This document shows positions 33,925-45,169 of a stretch of 64,000 nucleotides of DNA, piece after piece. The stretch covers positions 186,001-250,000 of the forward strand of contig QPMI01000483.1 in assembly GCA_004431415.1 (NCBI GenBank). Direction: 5' to 3'. Made by a program: the position numbers and the translations under genes. Source of the DNA: Cyanophora paradoxa CCMP329 (Eukaryota > Plantae > Glaucophyta). The notes below the pieces were generated by a model that saw only the letters and a list, made by a program, of their open reading frames with translations, was not told the origin of the DNA and ran no database searches. How positions within the stretch are numbered: the stretch's first letter is position 1; each line of letters starts with the position of its first letter.

Positions 33925-34972
33925 CACTTGCGCGCGCGGGGATGAGGCGGTGGTGGATAGGTGCGCCGCCGTGCGCCGCGCCCTAGCGCTTCGAGGCTCG
34001 CTGCAATTGCAAGTGGCGCGGAAGCTGTCGCGCGGTCGCGGAAATCTTGAAGAGTCGCTTGCGCGCGCGTGCGAGCCCGCGATGAGCGGATGCGCGATTT
34101 CGATGGCCCTGCGGGGTACAGTATCTCACTCATGACGCAGTTGACGGCGTCGACGTCGATGTTCGCCCGCCCGGCGCCCGCAACATATCGATATCGCGAT
34201 CGTATACGCGCACGTACGCGCTGCAATCACGCCGTTGACATCAAGCGCGCCCGGCGGCGGCTGCCGCCCGGCCGCCGGGCGCGCGCCGCGGCGCCGCGCG
34301 CGCGCGGCGCTTTCAAGTTTAAGGCGCCCCGGCCCCCGGCCCGGCTTGCAATTGCCGACCGTCGGACGTCGACGTCGACGCGGCGGCTGTGACGCGTACG
34401 TCCCTTCGCTAAAGCTCGAGCTCAGGGCCTCACTGATCATGAGTCAGGGCCTCTCTATCAGGGATCTTTTCTAATTATATAATTAAACGTTACATATGCT
34501 AAACTGTCACAGTGTGACATCGAACGTAAGCTACGTACCTAGCTTTGAAAACGCTTCAAGCTCAAATTCCGATCTTAAAATCGATCATCGGATCATATGA
34601 AGATCATACTGAACTGATAGGTATGAACGGAACAGGGACACTGCTGTCGCAGTGGCCCTGTTGGAGGGGAAGGACCTCTAAATTCCGAGCAGGAACGGGC
34701 AGGTTTAGCTATGTAGTTGACAATTACGAATTAGAGTCTGGATCAAAGCAGACTGCGCCTGGCCCTGTGCAAGTGCGCCAAGTGCGGGCCGCGGGTGCAA
34801 GGGGGGTACTTGTACACATTGCAGGGTACTGGGGTGGGGGGGTGAGGGGGGGGGGGGCCAGAAAGGCGAGGCGGGCGGGCGGGCGAGGCGGGCGGGGTGG
34901 CGAGGCGGGCGGGTGCACGTGGGGTGGCGAGGCGGACGGCGGCGGCGGCGGGCGGGAAAGCAGCGGCGGGAG

Positions 34973-35570
34973 GAGAGGTAGGTGGCGCCGGGCCCTGCGC
35001 ATAGCCTGCACATACGCAGAGCCGAGGCGTCAGCTCGCCCCGGACAGAGGCCGTGAGGGGGCGGGACCCGGCGGGGACGGCCGGGCCAGGTGCGCAGCAG
35101 CAGCGGCGGGGCAAACCTGGAGTCGACGTAGCTGAAGCATTCGGCGGGCGGCGGGCGGGAAAGCAGGGGGAGAGGTAGGTGGCGCCGGGCCCTGCGCATA
35201 GCCTGCACATACGCAGAGCCGAGGCGTCAGCTCGCCCCGGACAGAGGCCGTGAGGGGACGGGACCCGGCGGGGGCGGCCGGGCCAGGTGCGCAGCAGCAG
35301 CGGCGGGGCGAACCTGGAGTCGACGAAGCTGAAGCATCCGGCGGGCGGGGAATTCGAAGCTGAAGTAGCCTGCGGGGGGGCGGGCGAGGAAGCGGGAGGG
35401 GCGGCAGGTGGCGCCGGGCCCTGCACATAGCCTGCGCAAGGCCGAGCCATCAGCTCGCGCCAGACATGCTGTACAGCGGCGGCGCGGGGGCGGGGCCCAG
35501 CGCCAGCAGCCGGGTGAGATGCGTAGCATGCGCAGCAGCGGCGGGGCGAACCTGGAGTCGACGAACCTGA
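34973..35570. repeat. Tandem repeat, ~197-bp unit, 2 near-identical copies plus 1 degenerate
   Basis: GAGAGGTAGGTGGCGCCGGGCCCTGCGCATAGCC at 34973 and 35170; degenerate copy near 35405; AACCTGGAGTCGACG recurs three times. Confidence 0.85.
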
Positions 35571-35811
35571 CGGGGAATTCGATCGAAGCGGGTGGATCGG
35601 CAGAGCCGAGGCGTCAGCGCGCTCTGGAGAGCGGCGCGCGGCGCGGGCCCTGGAGGCGCGGCGTGCTAGGAGCAGCTGCGAATACTGCGACGCCGCCTCC
35701 ATCTGCTACGGCGCGGGTCGCTGGCCGCGCGCGCGCGAGTCAAGACACGCGTGCGTGCGCGCGCGTGCGTGCTCGAGGCGCTTGAAGGGCTAGACAACGC
35801 CGAGCAGGAGT

Positions 35812-36150
35812 CTAGATCTGCTTGAACCGGAGTCCATCAGAAACCGAGCAAGAGAGCGACATGTTTGAAGACATCGCAATCGCCGAGCTCGGATCTGCGG
35901 GCGGCAGGCGCGGGGCAGTCAGAACCATCGGCGCACACTCGGCCAAGCGGCGCGCACCGGAACGCGGCGTCGCAGGCGCCTTCTTCCGACACTCTCGCAC
36001 GTGCCGATACACGTTGTCCGGACGAGCGAAGTGCTTCCCGCATCGAACGCATCTGCAGCCCGGATGGCAGCCGCGCGGGTCGTGACAGGGCTCCAGACAG
36101 AGCTCATACTCCGTCGCGGCTACTGCCGCCGAGCCGGTCGGCGGAGGCAT
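35812..36150 (-). CDS. C2H2/C2HC zinc-finger ORF inside the element (possible RepHel N-terminal remnant)
   Basis: CVRCGKHFARPDNVYRHVREC fits C-x2-C-x3-F-x8-H-x3-C. Confidence 0.5.
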   Translation of the reverse strand: MPPPTGSAAVAATEYELCLEPCHDPRGCHPGCRCVRCGKHFARPDNVYRHVRECRKKAPATPRSGARRLAECAPMVLTAPRLPPADPSSAIAMSSNMSLSCSVSDGLRFKQI

Positions 36151-36688
36151 TGCTCAACTGCGTCGCACAGGCCCTAGTTTCTAGGGTACGGCCACGGATC
36201 CGGAGCGTTCGAGACTCGATCTCCTCAAACTCGCAGGAGCGCTTTTTTTCGGCGCCCGGTACAACAGGTACTTGAGGCGGCCTAGCGGGCCACCCTCTGC
36301 CCCTCCGGTCTCGGCATGTATGACATGAATCATCGGGCGTATCAGGCGCATTCAGGCGCACTCGGTCCGGCAGATATACCGCCACTTGGTGAGGCGCTAG
36401 ATTGCATTTTTTGAAAATGTGTTATTGCCCATTCCTGGTCGACCCGACGGGACCCGGATCTCCCAAGACATGTTCCCGGTCTCCTAGGGGCATGCCTTGC
36501 TAGGATCCGGCGAGAAAACCGGGCTTTTGGGAGGTCGGGACATTTCATTTTGGCCTAGGGTGGGCACCCGAACACCCCCAAGTGGGGGAAGGGGAAGGAG
36601 GTCCTTCCCCAATAATGCTGAACTCGAGTCGTGCAAATTTTAATGGCTCCGCGGCCGGCGGCTGCAGAGCGATCGCGAAGGCCGAGGC

Positions 36689-39600
36689 CTATGGGCAGGC
36701 ACCCATGCAGATCTTGACGTTGCCGCTCATGACGATGCTGGCGCCCGCCGTGAAGTCGGCGCGCACAGTGCGGCCGGACCAGGAGCCGAGGGTGGGGACG
36801 CCCGGGAAGCTGAGCCTGGCGCCCGAAGGGAGGGCGAGGGCCCCCGTCGTCTTCCTGGCCGTCTGGTCCGGGACGCTCCGCGCCTCCGCGAAGCCCTGCG
36901 CCCCCGGCCGCCGGCGCTCAGATTAGACCTCTGCGGGCGCGAGGGGGCGCGAGGGGGTACGGGCGCGCCTCGTCGAACGTGTAGTACGCGATGAGACCCT
37001 GCGGCGCGCGTCAGTGCGGCTTCGAGGGGCGGGGTGAACGTGGGATGGCCATGGGTCCGGGGCCGGTGCCATCGATCCGGATCCGGGCTCACCATCGCGT
37101 CCGGGGGCATGGTGGCGTACATGTTGGAAACGATCTGCGCTGTCGTCCGCAGCCTGTCCCACACTCGCACCTCGCTGCCCCCGAGCGTCCACTTGTCAAG
37201 GGCGGCCGCAAGTGTGCACACACTGCAACTCGGAGGCCTAGGCCCGGAGAGCGTCGCACGCGGGCGGGGCGCACTCGACGAAGCCGCGGAAGGAGTTGGC
37301 GCTGTTGGCGGCCCCGCCGACCACCAGGCCCGTGTTGATGTTCGGGAAGTCCCCCGCCCCGAAGGAGAGGCCGCCCCCTCCCGAGTACACGGCCCCGTTG
37401 AGCTGCGCCGGCCGCGCACGCGAAGCTCGGCCGAGCGCGAGCCGGACAGGGCGCGCGGGCCAGGCGGCTCGAGGGGCATCGCAGCGCACCCACAGGGGCA
37501 ACGCGGTCGAGCCGTCGTGCCCGGCTGCGAGGTGGACCCACGTGTTGCTGCGGCGCCGGCACGCGGGCGGCCCGGCGTCACGATCGGCAGGCCAACGCGC
37601 GCATGCGGGTGCGGTGCGCGCGCACAGGGGCCAGGTGGACGAAGTGAAGACTGTGTTGGAGCCCCAGCCGTTGGCGCCCGTCCAGAGCTGGTTCCGCAGC
37701 CCCGTGCTCGTCAGGGAGACCCGCAGCCGGTACGAACCCCCGTTGTAGGTCCCTGCGGGGGCACGCGTACGGGTCACGCGGCGCGGGGTCGGAGCCTGCA
37801 GCTGGAGCGCCAGCGCAGCGCGAGCCGGGGGTCTCGGGCCGGCGGCGAACCCGAGAGGAAGAAGAACTCGGTGCAGACGTCGGTGGAGGAGCCGGCGCAG
37901 GTGACGGGCGCGCGCTGCCGGCGGGAGCCGCGGTCAGCAACCGGCGCGGGCAGAGGGCCTGGACGCAGGGCGGGGCGGGGGCAGGGGCACCGTCATGTAG
38001 AACCAGGCTGCGGAGGCGGGAGGGGTCAGGGGCGGGAAGGCCCGCCGGGGGGCCGGGGCGGGATGGGCGCACCCTCGACGGTGAAGGTCTTGTTGAAGCG
38101 GATCGGGGGCGTCACGAGCGCCGACGTCGCCGAGCCGTCCAGCGCCACGCCCCAGCCTGCCCCCCGCGCCCCGCCCCTCAGAGCCCCGCGCGCGCAGGGG
38201 GAGGCTGCCGGGGCCGCGCAGCGGACCCTGGCCGCCCTGCGGTCCCTGCGCCGCGGCGGTGGCCAGCGTGGGGGCGCCCCCGGCCCTGATGCTCGCCCCC
38301 GCCGGCAGGGTCAGGGCGCCCGTCGTCCTCGCGGCCGTCCTGTCGGCGATGCTCCGCGCGTCGGCGCTCCCCTGCAGGCCCGGCTGCTCAGCGGCGCGAG
38401 GCGGCGCTCGCGATCGGGGCCCGGGCACAGGCGCGCGCGCCTCGTCGAACGTGTAGTACGCGATGAGGCCCTGCGGCGCGCGTCAGTGGGGCTTCGAGGG
38501 GCAGGGGCGGGGCGTCGGGAGGGGCCGCGGGCTCGCCATCGCGCCCGGGGGCATTGTGGTGTACATGTTGGCGACGACCTCCGCCGTCGTCCGCAGCGTC
38601 TCCCACGCCCGCACCTCGCTGCCCCCGGCCCCCGTCAGCGCTCCGGTGCGCCCCAGGCGGCAGCGTGCCGGGCCGGGCGCACTCGACGAAGCCGCGGAAG
38701 GAGTTGGCGCTGCCGGACGCCCCGCCGACCACCAGGCCCGTGTTGATGTTCGAGGCGTTCCCGGCCCCAAACGTGATGGCCCCATCGGAGGCCACGGGCA
38801 TCCCGTTGATCTGCGTTGACGTTGAGGTCGGAGGGGGCGCCGCGCTGCTGCCGGACGCCGGCGGGCCCGGCCGGGCGCGACGGGTGCGCACCCAGATGGG
38901 GAGCTTGGCCGCGCCGTCGTGCCCTACCGCAACATGCACCCACGTGTTGCTGCGCCGGTGATGAGATCTCAGTCGGCGAGGGCCGCCTCGCGCCGCGCGG
39001 GGGCCGCGGGCCGGGGGCGCTCACAGGGGCCACGTCGAGGCTGTGAAGACGGTGGCGGAGCCCCAGCCGCTGTTCGCGGGACTCGTGATGTAAAGCTGGT
39101 TCCGCATCCCCGTGCTCGTCAGGAAGACCCGCAGCGTGAACCCGACGCCATCGTACGTCCCTGCGCGCCCCGGCCCGGCCGGCGCGTCAGACCAGCGCCT
39201 GCGGCAGCTGCTCCGATATCGATGGCGATCGCCCGCGGCCTACCGGTCATGTAGAAGAACTCGGTGCACGAGTCGCTGACCGTGCCGGCTCCGGCGACGG
39301 GGGCGCGCTGCCGCGGCCGGTGCATGGTCAGCGATCCCCCAAGCAAAGGGCGCCCCGCGCGCGCAGAGCGGGGAGCAAGCACAGTCATGTAGAACCAGCC
39401 TGCGAGGGCGTCAGCGTGTCCGAGACATCCACGGACCGCTAAGAGGGGCCCACCCTCGAAAGTGAACGTCTTGTTGAATTTGATCGGGGGCGTTACGAGC
39501 GCGGAGGCCGTCGAGCCGTCGAGGGTGGCGCTCCAACCTGCCCCCCGCGCCATGAACCGGATTGCTTCAAGCGGCTTAATGAAGGCGCAGGGGCCGCACC

Positions 39601-39786
39601 TCGGTTGTTTTGCGCGCCACCCAGCGGCACGAGGCAAGTAACGGATGCAAGGAGCAGGATAAGATGTGGATAAGGGACGCAGCGCCATCTCCGATTGCTC
39701 CAGAAAGCACATTGTGCGTGTTTGGCTTCGGCAGGACAGCTAACTGCCTCGCGGCCGTGCCGGCCGCGGCATTCGCCGAGCGACAT
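36689..39786 (-). CDS. Secreted protein with two tandem LamG/concanavalin-A/pentraxin-like domains
   Basis: Signal-like HLILLLASVTCLVPLGGA; two copies of FNKTFT.E.WFY, NTWVH.A.GHDG, NTGLVVGG, FRGFV.EVR.W...RT, GLIAYYTFDE; ends KICMGACP*; start uncertain. Confidence 0.75.
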
Positions 39787-40384
39787 GTGCAGCCTCCGAG
39801 GCCTCGCAAGTGCACCTGAATCGTCGCGCCCGCGCCGCACCCCGTGAGTGGCTGGGCACTGCCTCGGGCCGCGGGCGAGCGCAGGGCTTTTTGCGCGCAG
39901 CGCCGCGGCCGCGGCCGGCCGGCCCAGGCCAAGGCTCCTCGAAGGTCCCACTCCCGCGCGGGGGGCAATCTCCGGGCGCACGGGCTGTGGTCAAAGAGCG
40001 GCTGAGCTCAGATGACTCAAGTTGCTGGAATGCAGGGAAGCTAGCGCTAGCTATCGGTGGTGGTGAACTCAATGCAGGGAAGAACTCAATGCGCAATGGT
40101 GCGGCGGCTATCGGCGAAAGCGCCCTGACCTCTTCAAAGCTGCGCGTCGCTGGGAGCGGCCCGCGGCGGCAGTCACTGATCGGAGGGTTTCGCCGCAATC
40201 GACGGGTACTGGCAGTTACTCTTGCGAGCTCTCAAGTCGATCCAAGGCTTCTCCCAGGCAACCCGACGAGCGAGCGCACTGTATTGAAGCCAACGGCATC
40301 GAGATTTCCTCGCTTTTGTGGCTGCACCGCAAGCGCCGGGAACTTTGAGGGCGGGCTCCCGTGGCCGCTACAGATCCCGCAAAC

Positions 40385-41711
40385 ATGACGCGGGCAGCAA
40401 CTTCCGGCATGCGGGCGGTGGCGCTCGCTGCCCTGGCCCTCGTCCTTTCCTCCGCCACGTTGCAGCTAGCGAGCGCGCAGGGTGCGAGAACAGCTTCTGA
40501 TGCATGCTGTTGGTTTAGCTTCGAACACGTTGCTGACGACCTTGCACAGGCTGGGCTGCGCACCTCGACGGCACAAGCTCAGCATTCCTGGCGACGCCGC
40601 CCGTGCAGTTTGGGACCACCTTCACGCTCGAGGCCTGGTTCTATGTAAGCGCGCAGCCTTCCGACGGCTTGACGGAGTTCTTCCGCGTTGAAGGCACGAG
40701 CGGTGGCAGCCAGTACACGGTGCGACGATCCCTTGGAGAGGCGCGGCTCGCTGCTCACTCGCTCGCTGCTCGGCGCAGTTCAAGCTGCACTTCGCGGGCG
40801 GGCAGATGCGGTTCACGCTCAGCGTCAACAACGGCGGCGCCAGCGGCTGGAGCGTGCCGCCGTACGACGCCACAACCTGGCCTCTGTGCGCCTCCCGCGG
40901 CACCCCTGCCCGGCCCCGCCCGCCGTCTCTGACTTGCGTCCGCCCCCAGGAACACCTGGATGCACGTCGCGATCTCCCACGACGGCAGCAACAACCTCAA
41001 CGTCTACGTGCGCCCCTCGCACGGCCGTCGCCGCTCCGACTGAGCGCCCCCGCGCAGGTCAACGGCGCCTCCGTGGCCTCCGGCGGCGGCCTCACCATCT
41101 CGCCCGGCGTGAACGTCAACACGGGCATCGTAATCGGGGCGAGCTCCGTCCCCGGCTCGGGCACCCTGCAGGGCTACGTCGAGTGCGCCGCGCGGGGCGC
41201 CCGCCTCCCGCGCGCCGCGTCCGACCGTCCCCCCGCCGCGCAGCGAGGTGCGCTTCTGGAACTTCGAGCGCAGCGCGGGGGACATCGCAGCCGCCTACGG
41301 CTCCACCGTCCCCGCGACCGCCTCCGGCCTCGTCGCGTACTACCCCTTCGACGAGGCGCGCCCGCACCCCCCCCCCCCCCCCCTGCGCCCCCGCCGCCCC
41401 CGAGCGCGCCGCCGGCAGGGCCGGGCGACGACGCGGGTGCGGGACCTGACGGGCCTCGCCGGCGCCTTCGACCTGCCCCCGGGCGTCTCCCTCTACTACC
41501 CCGGCGCCCCCGGCATCGGTGCGCGGGCCGCGCCGCCTCGCGCCGGCCTTTGGCTGCGGGGGGCCGACGCGGGGGCGGGCGGGGGCCAGGGAGCTACTCG
41601 GGCCCGAACGCCTTCGCCGAGTTCGGCGGCGGCTCCTCCCTCCTCATCGAGGGCGGCGCCCACGTCTGCCTCGGCGTCTGCCCCGCCCCCGCCCCCGCCC
41701 CCCTCGCCTAG
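40385..41711 (+). CDS. Secreted single-domain LamG/pentraxin-like protein (divergent paralogue)
   Basis: Signal peptide AVALAALALVLSSATLQLASA; FTLEAWFY; NTWMHVAISHDG; GYV.EVRFWNFERS; GLVAYYPFDE; ends HVCLGVCP. Confidence 0.8.
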
Positions 41712-42276
41712 CCGCCCACCGTCCCGCACCCGCCCCGCGCCCCGCCCCGCCCCCCGCCCCCTTCCCTCCGACCGGTCACTGAGCACGACACGTCTGTCGT
41801 TCTCTGCGCTCCGGATGTCCAGCAGCTTTTCAATAGGGCCAAATTCGCACGCTGACGGCGTGCGATTATCGATCGATATCCATCCCCGTATCTTTGTATC
41901 CAACGCACAAGCTTGGAGGATCAAGGTGTTAGCCTAGCGTGTTGATATTGATAGGTTAAGATCGATATCAGTTTGTATCTTAGTAAAGTATGTCATTATT
42001 GAGTGCATGCGCAATATCAATTCTGCTGTCACAGTGTGCCGCTTGCCGCTGTACGAACCAGGCCGCTGAGGTCAATTTGCAAGCTCTCAATCAAAGACTT
42101 TAGATCTGATCATCGGATATCATCATCGGATACTGTGATATCCGAATAAGGATCACTGGTACTGAACTTAGTAAAAGCATACAATTTGTAATGCGTGTAC
42201 TTGAAGATAGGACGGATCGCGCAACGCTCCACCACCGTGGCACCGCGCGCGGGGTGCCGAGCGGATGCAGCCGCGC

Positions 42277-44653
42277 TCACGCGTAGGGGGCGGAGGCAGC
42301 GACGGGGACCGATGCGGCGAGGTCGAGCGGGGCGGACAGCGTAGCGGGGAAGGCGGACTGGGGCGAGGGCGGGTCCGGAGAGCGCGAGGGGGAGGGGGCG
42401 CCTCTGCGGGGCGCGGCGGCGGCGGGGAGCAGGCCGCGGACTGCGAGGTCCACGCAGTCGCGCCCGATCTGGAAGCGCTCCTGCGGGGCGCGCCGGGAAA
42501 ATCACTCTTTGAATTCGGAAGAAGCGGCTGCGTCGCCGCAGCAGAGCAACGGGCGCACGCGGCGGACGATGATGTGGCCGTGGACGGTCGGGACGCCCGT
42601 CGGCAGCCCGCACACCGCCTGCGCCGAGCGCGTCGGCGGGGCCGGGGTTCGTTTCGGGCTGTGGGCGGGCGGGCGGGCGCGTGCGGACGCGGTACCAGCC
42701 GAGGGCGTCGAGGTTCTCTGCCATGAACTCCTGCGGGGGGGTGAGGGCGGGGCGGGGGGCGGGGCGCGGGGCGGGCCTGCATGGCGCGGGTGCCGGCGGA
42801 GCGGACGCGGGCGACCTCGCGGCGCTCCGCCTCCCCGATCAGGTCCCCGGCAGGTACGACGCCGGCGGCGCGCGCCCCCGCGGCGGGCACGCCGCCGCCT
42901 CCCGCCGCTCGGTGCGGCCGTGCAGCAGGTGCATGACGGCCGACGAGGCGGCGAGGAGGGGCGGCACGATGCACACCCACACCAGCGCCAGCGGCAGCAC
43001 CAGCAGCATCAGCCACTGCCCCGCGTCAGCCCGCCCGTGCGAGTTGTGGCGCGCGGCTACAGGGGCGCGCACCCCGGCGCGGTTGTACTTGCGATCGAGC
43101 TCCTCCATCAGCTGCAGCACGCTCTCGCGGCCACGCCGCCCCGACTGCGCCGCGGCTCGTTTGCGACGGTAGCGCGGGGGCGCGGGTCCGCGCGTGCGCG
43201 AGGCGGGCGCCCACGGCCACCTTGTCGGCGGGGCGGGGGAGGAACGGGTGGCGGGCCTCCAAGGCGGCGGCGCGCGAGGCGCCGGCCTCGCCCTTCTCCT
43301 CGCCGCCCTGCGCCGCCTCCGGGAGCGAGACGTGCCTGCCCCGCGGTCAGCGCCGCGCGGGGGCCGCACGAGGAGGGGGCGAGGCCGGGGCGGTCGGCTC
43401 GCCACACGTGCGGGTGCTCCGCGGAGGGGAAGTCGCCCTCGGGGGGGTACGCGAAGCGCGGGTCGAGCCGGTGCTCGGGGATCGCCACCGCCTGCGCCGC
43501 GACGGGGCGTGAGGCTCGGCGGCGGCGGGCCGGCGCGCGCCGGGCGGCTCGCCGTGTGCGTCGGGACGGGCCGGTCGCCTCTGGCGTTGCCGAACATGAC
43601 CCTTGGGGGTACTGGACGTGAGAAGAGGGGAGGGGATGGAGGGCGGGGCGAGGGGCGCGCCTGCGGGCGAAGCGGGCGAGGCCGCGCGCGAAGATGGACC
43701 CCGGCATCGTGGTCCAGAGGAGCAGGCCCTGCGCCCCGTGCCTCGGCCCCGCCCCGCGCCCAAGGGGGCGCCGCGCATTGGGCACCTCGTCGTCGCGGCA
43801 GACCATCTGGCGCCCGGAGTCGCCCGTGATAAGCGCCGTCAGCGTGTCGAACCACCCGCTCCGCATCACGCCGAGGTCTGCCGCGCCGGGGGGCCGCTCG
43901 GGGCGGGCGGCAGGCTGCGGGAGCGCGAGACGGGCGGGCGGACGGGGCGTGGCCATGGTGAGGAAGTTGACGGGGACGAGGCCGAGAAAGTCCTCCAGCA
44001 GCAGCAGCCCCGCGAGGTACCTGCGGCCCCGTGAGGCCCCACCGCCGCCGCGGGACTCGGGTGCGGGGCGCGCCGGCATACGAGCCCTCCGAAGCTGTAC
44101 CCCACCAGCGAGACGTGCGTGACGCCGCGGCCCTCGGGGCCCTTCAGGAAGTCCCGCATCTGGCGGAGCGTGCGCATCGCGCAGACGTGCGCCCCTGGGG
44201 GACTGTCGCGCGCGGGACACGGGAGCAGGAAGCTCAGATTTGTGGGCACCGTCGTAGGTCCGGAGGAGCGGATAGTTGTCGGGAATGAGCGTCACGGCCT
44301 GGGCAGGGTCGGCTCGTCAGAAGGCGCTCAGACGCGAGATCTAGAATTGATCCGATGGGACCGGGGCTGGCGAGTGTTGCGCGCAGGCGCCGGCACTCGC
44401 CTCTGGCTTTTGACGCTTGATCTCCTTGGCGAGGTAGCCCATGTGAGAACCGAATCCCTGCTCGCACCGTCTTTATGATTAGCTTTCACGTGCGCAAGCG
44501 CTGCGCATGCAGCCGCAGGGGCCTGAGGGGGCGCACCCAGAGCCCGTGGCATAGGACGAACAAGTGCTTGCATTCTCGCTCTCCGGACTCTGCGAAGTCG
44601 AGGTGCACGGCATCGTCCAGCCCGTCCGGGACCATCTCGACAGGCTGGACCAT
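42277..44653 (-). CDS. DUF676-type putative serine esterase/lipase
   Basis: HLFVLCHGLWG, TYDG, VSLVGYSFGG nucleophile elbow, NFLTMATP, NARGDRPVP, TM segment, HGHIIVRR. Confidence 0.85.
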
Positions 44654-45169
44654 CGCCTGGTCCTCGCCGGACGACCGAGCCGCGTTTAGCCGAGCCAGAG
44701 TGCACCTATCACACCGACTGCAATCGGCCTCGCCGTCCGCAGTCCGGCCAGATCAAGGGACGTGCGACGCGCAGCCGGCGCCAGCAGAGGCGGGCGAGCC
44801 GCTGCGGGCTCGGAATCTAACTGAGCTCAGCTAAGATCTCCCGCGCCGGCGTCACAGCCTCCAGCACTGGAGGCGAATCTCGCAGACGGGCAGCGGTGCG
44901 CTCGACGCGGCTCGAGCACCCTCGGGCCGCTTAGCCCGGTAGCTGACCTACAGCGGCGGCAGAGCAGCGGATTTGTGGTCTGGCGCCGGCTGAGCCTCGG
45001 ATCGAGCTCGACGCGAAATGACGTCGGAGCGGGTTCGATCCCTTGCGGGAGCGTTCTTCCGGGACGAGTCCCCAAGCCCTGGCCGCCCCGCGCATTCGAG
45101 AAATCACTAGCATCCGTAGCGGGTACATTGTACAGGCTCTGGTGGGCGAGCGGGGGCGGTGGGCCTACC

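Larger units (their letters stand above)
34626..36612 (-). mobile_element. Helentron/Helitron2-derived element with zinc-finger remnant and internal tandem repeats
   Basis: Minus-strand 5' TT|GGGGAAGGACCTCCTTCCCC (8-bp hairpin, 36610-36591); 13-bp perfect inverted copy at 34666-34678; then stem-loop 34631-34662 and TT; its 5' ~200 bp resembles 5303-5500. Confidence 0.72.

Noticed and set aside
34973-35570. Recurring segments as a possible CRISPR array
   Set aside because: Units are about 197 bp with repeated rather than unique spacers, no cas genes, eukaryotic context.
34504-42038. CTGTCACAGTGTG shared at about 34504 and 42026 (RSS-heptamer-like CACAGTG)
   Set aside because: Direct orientation, only 13 bp, no nonamer or transposase; not enough to call a Transib/RAG-like element.
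44925-45055. tRNA-like text (GGCAGAGCA...GGGTTCGATCCC)
   Set aside because: Only a B-box-like motif; no acceptor stem, imperfect T stem and wrong spacing for a cloverleaf.
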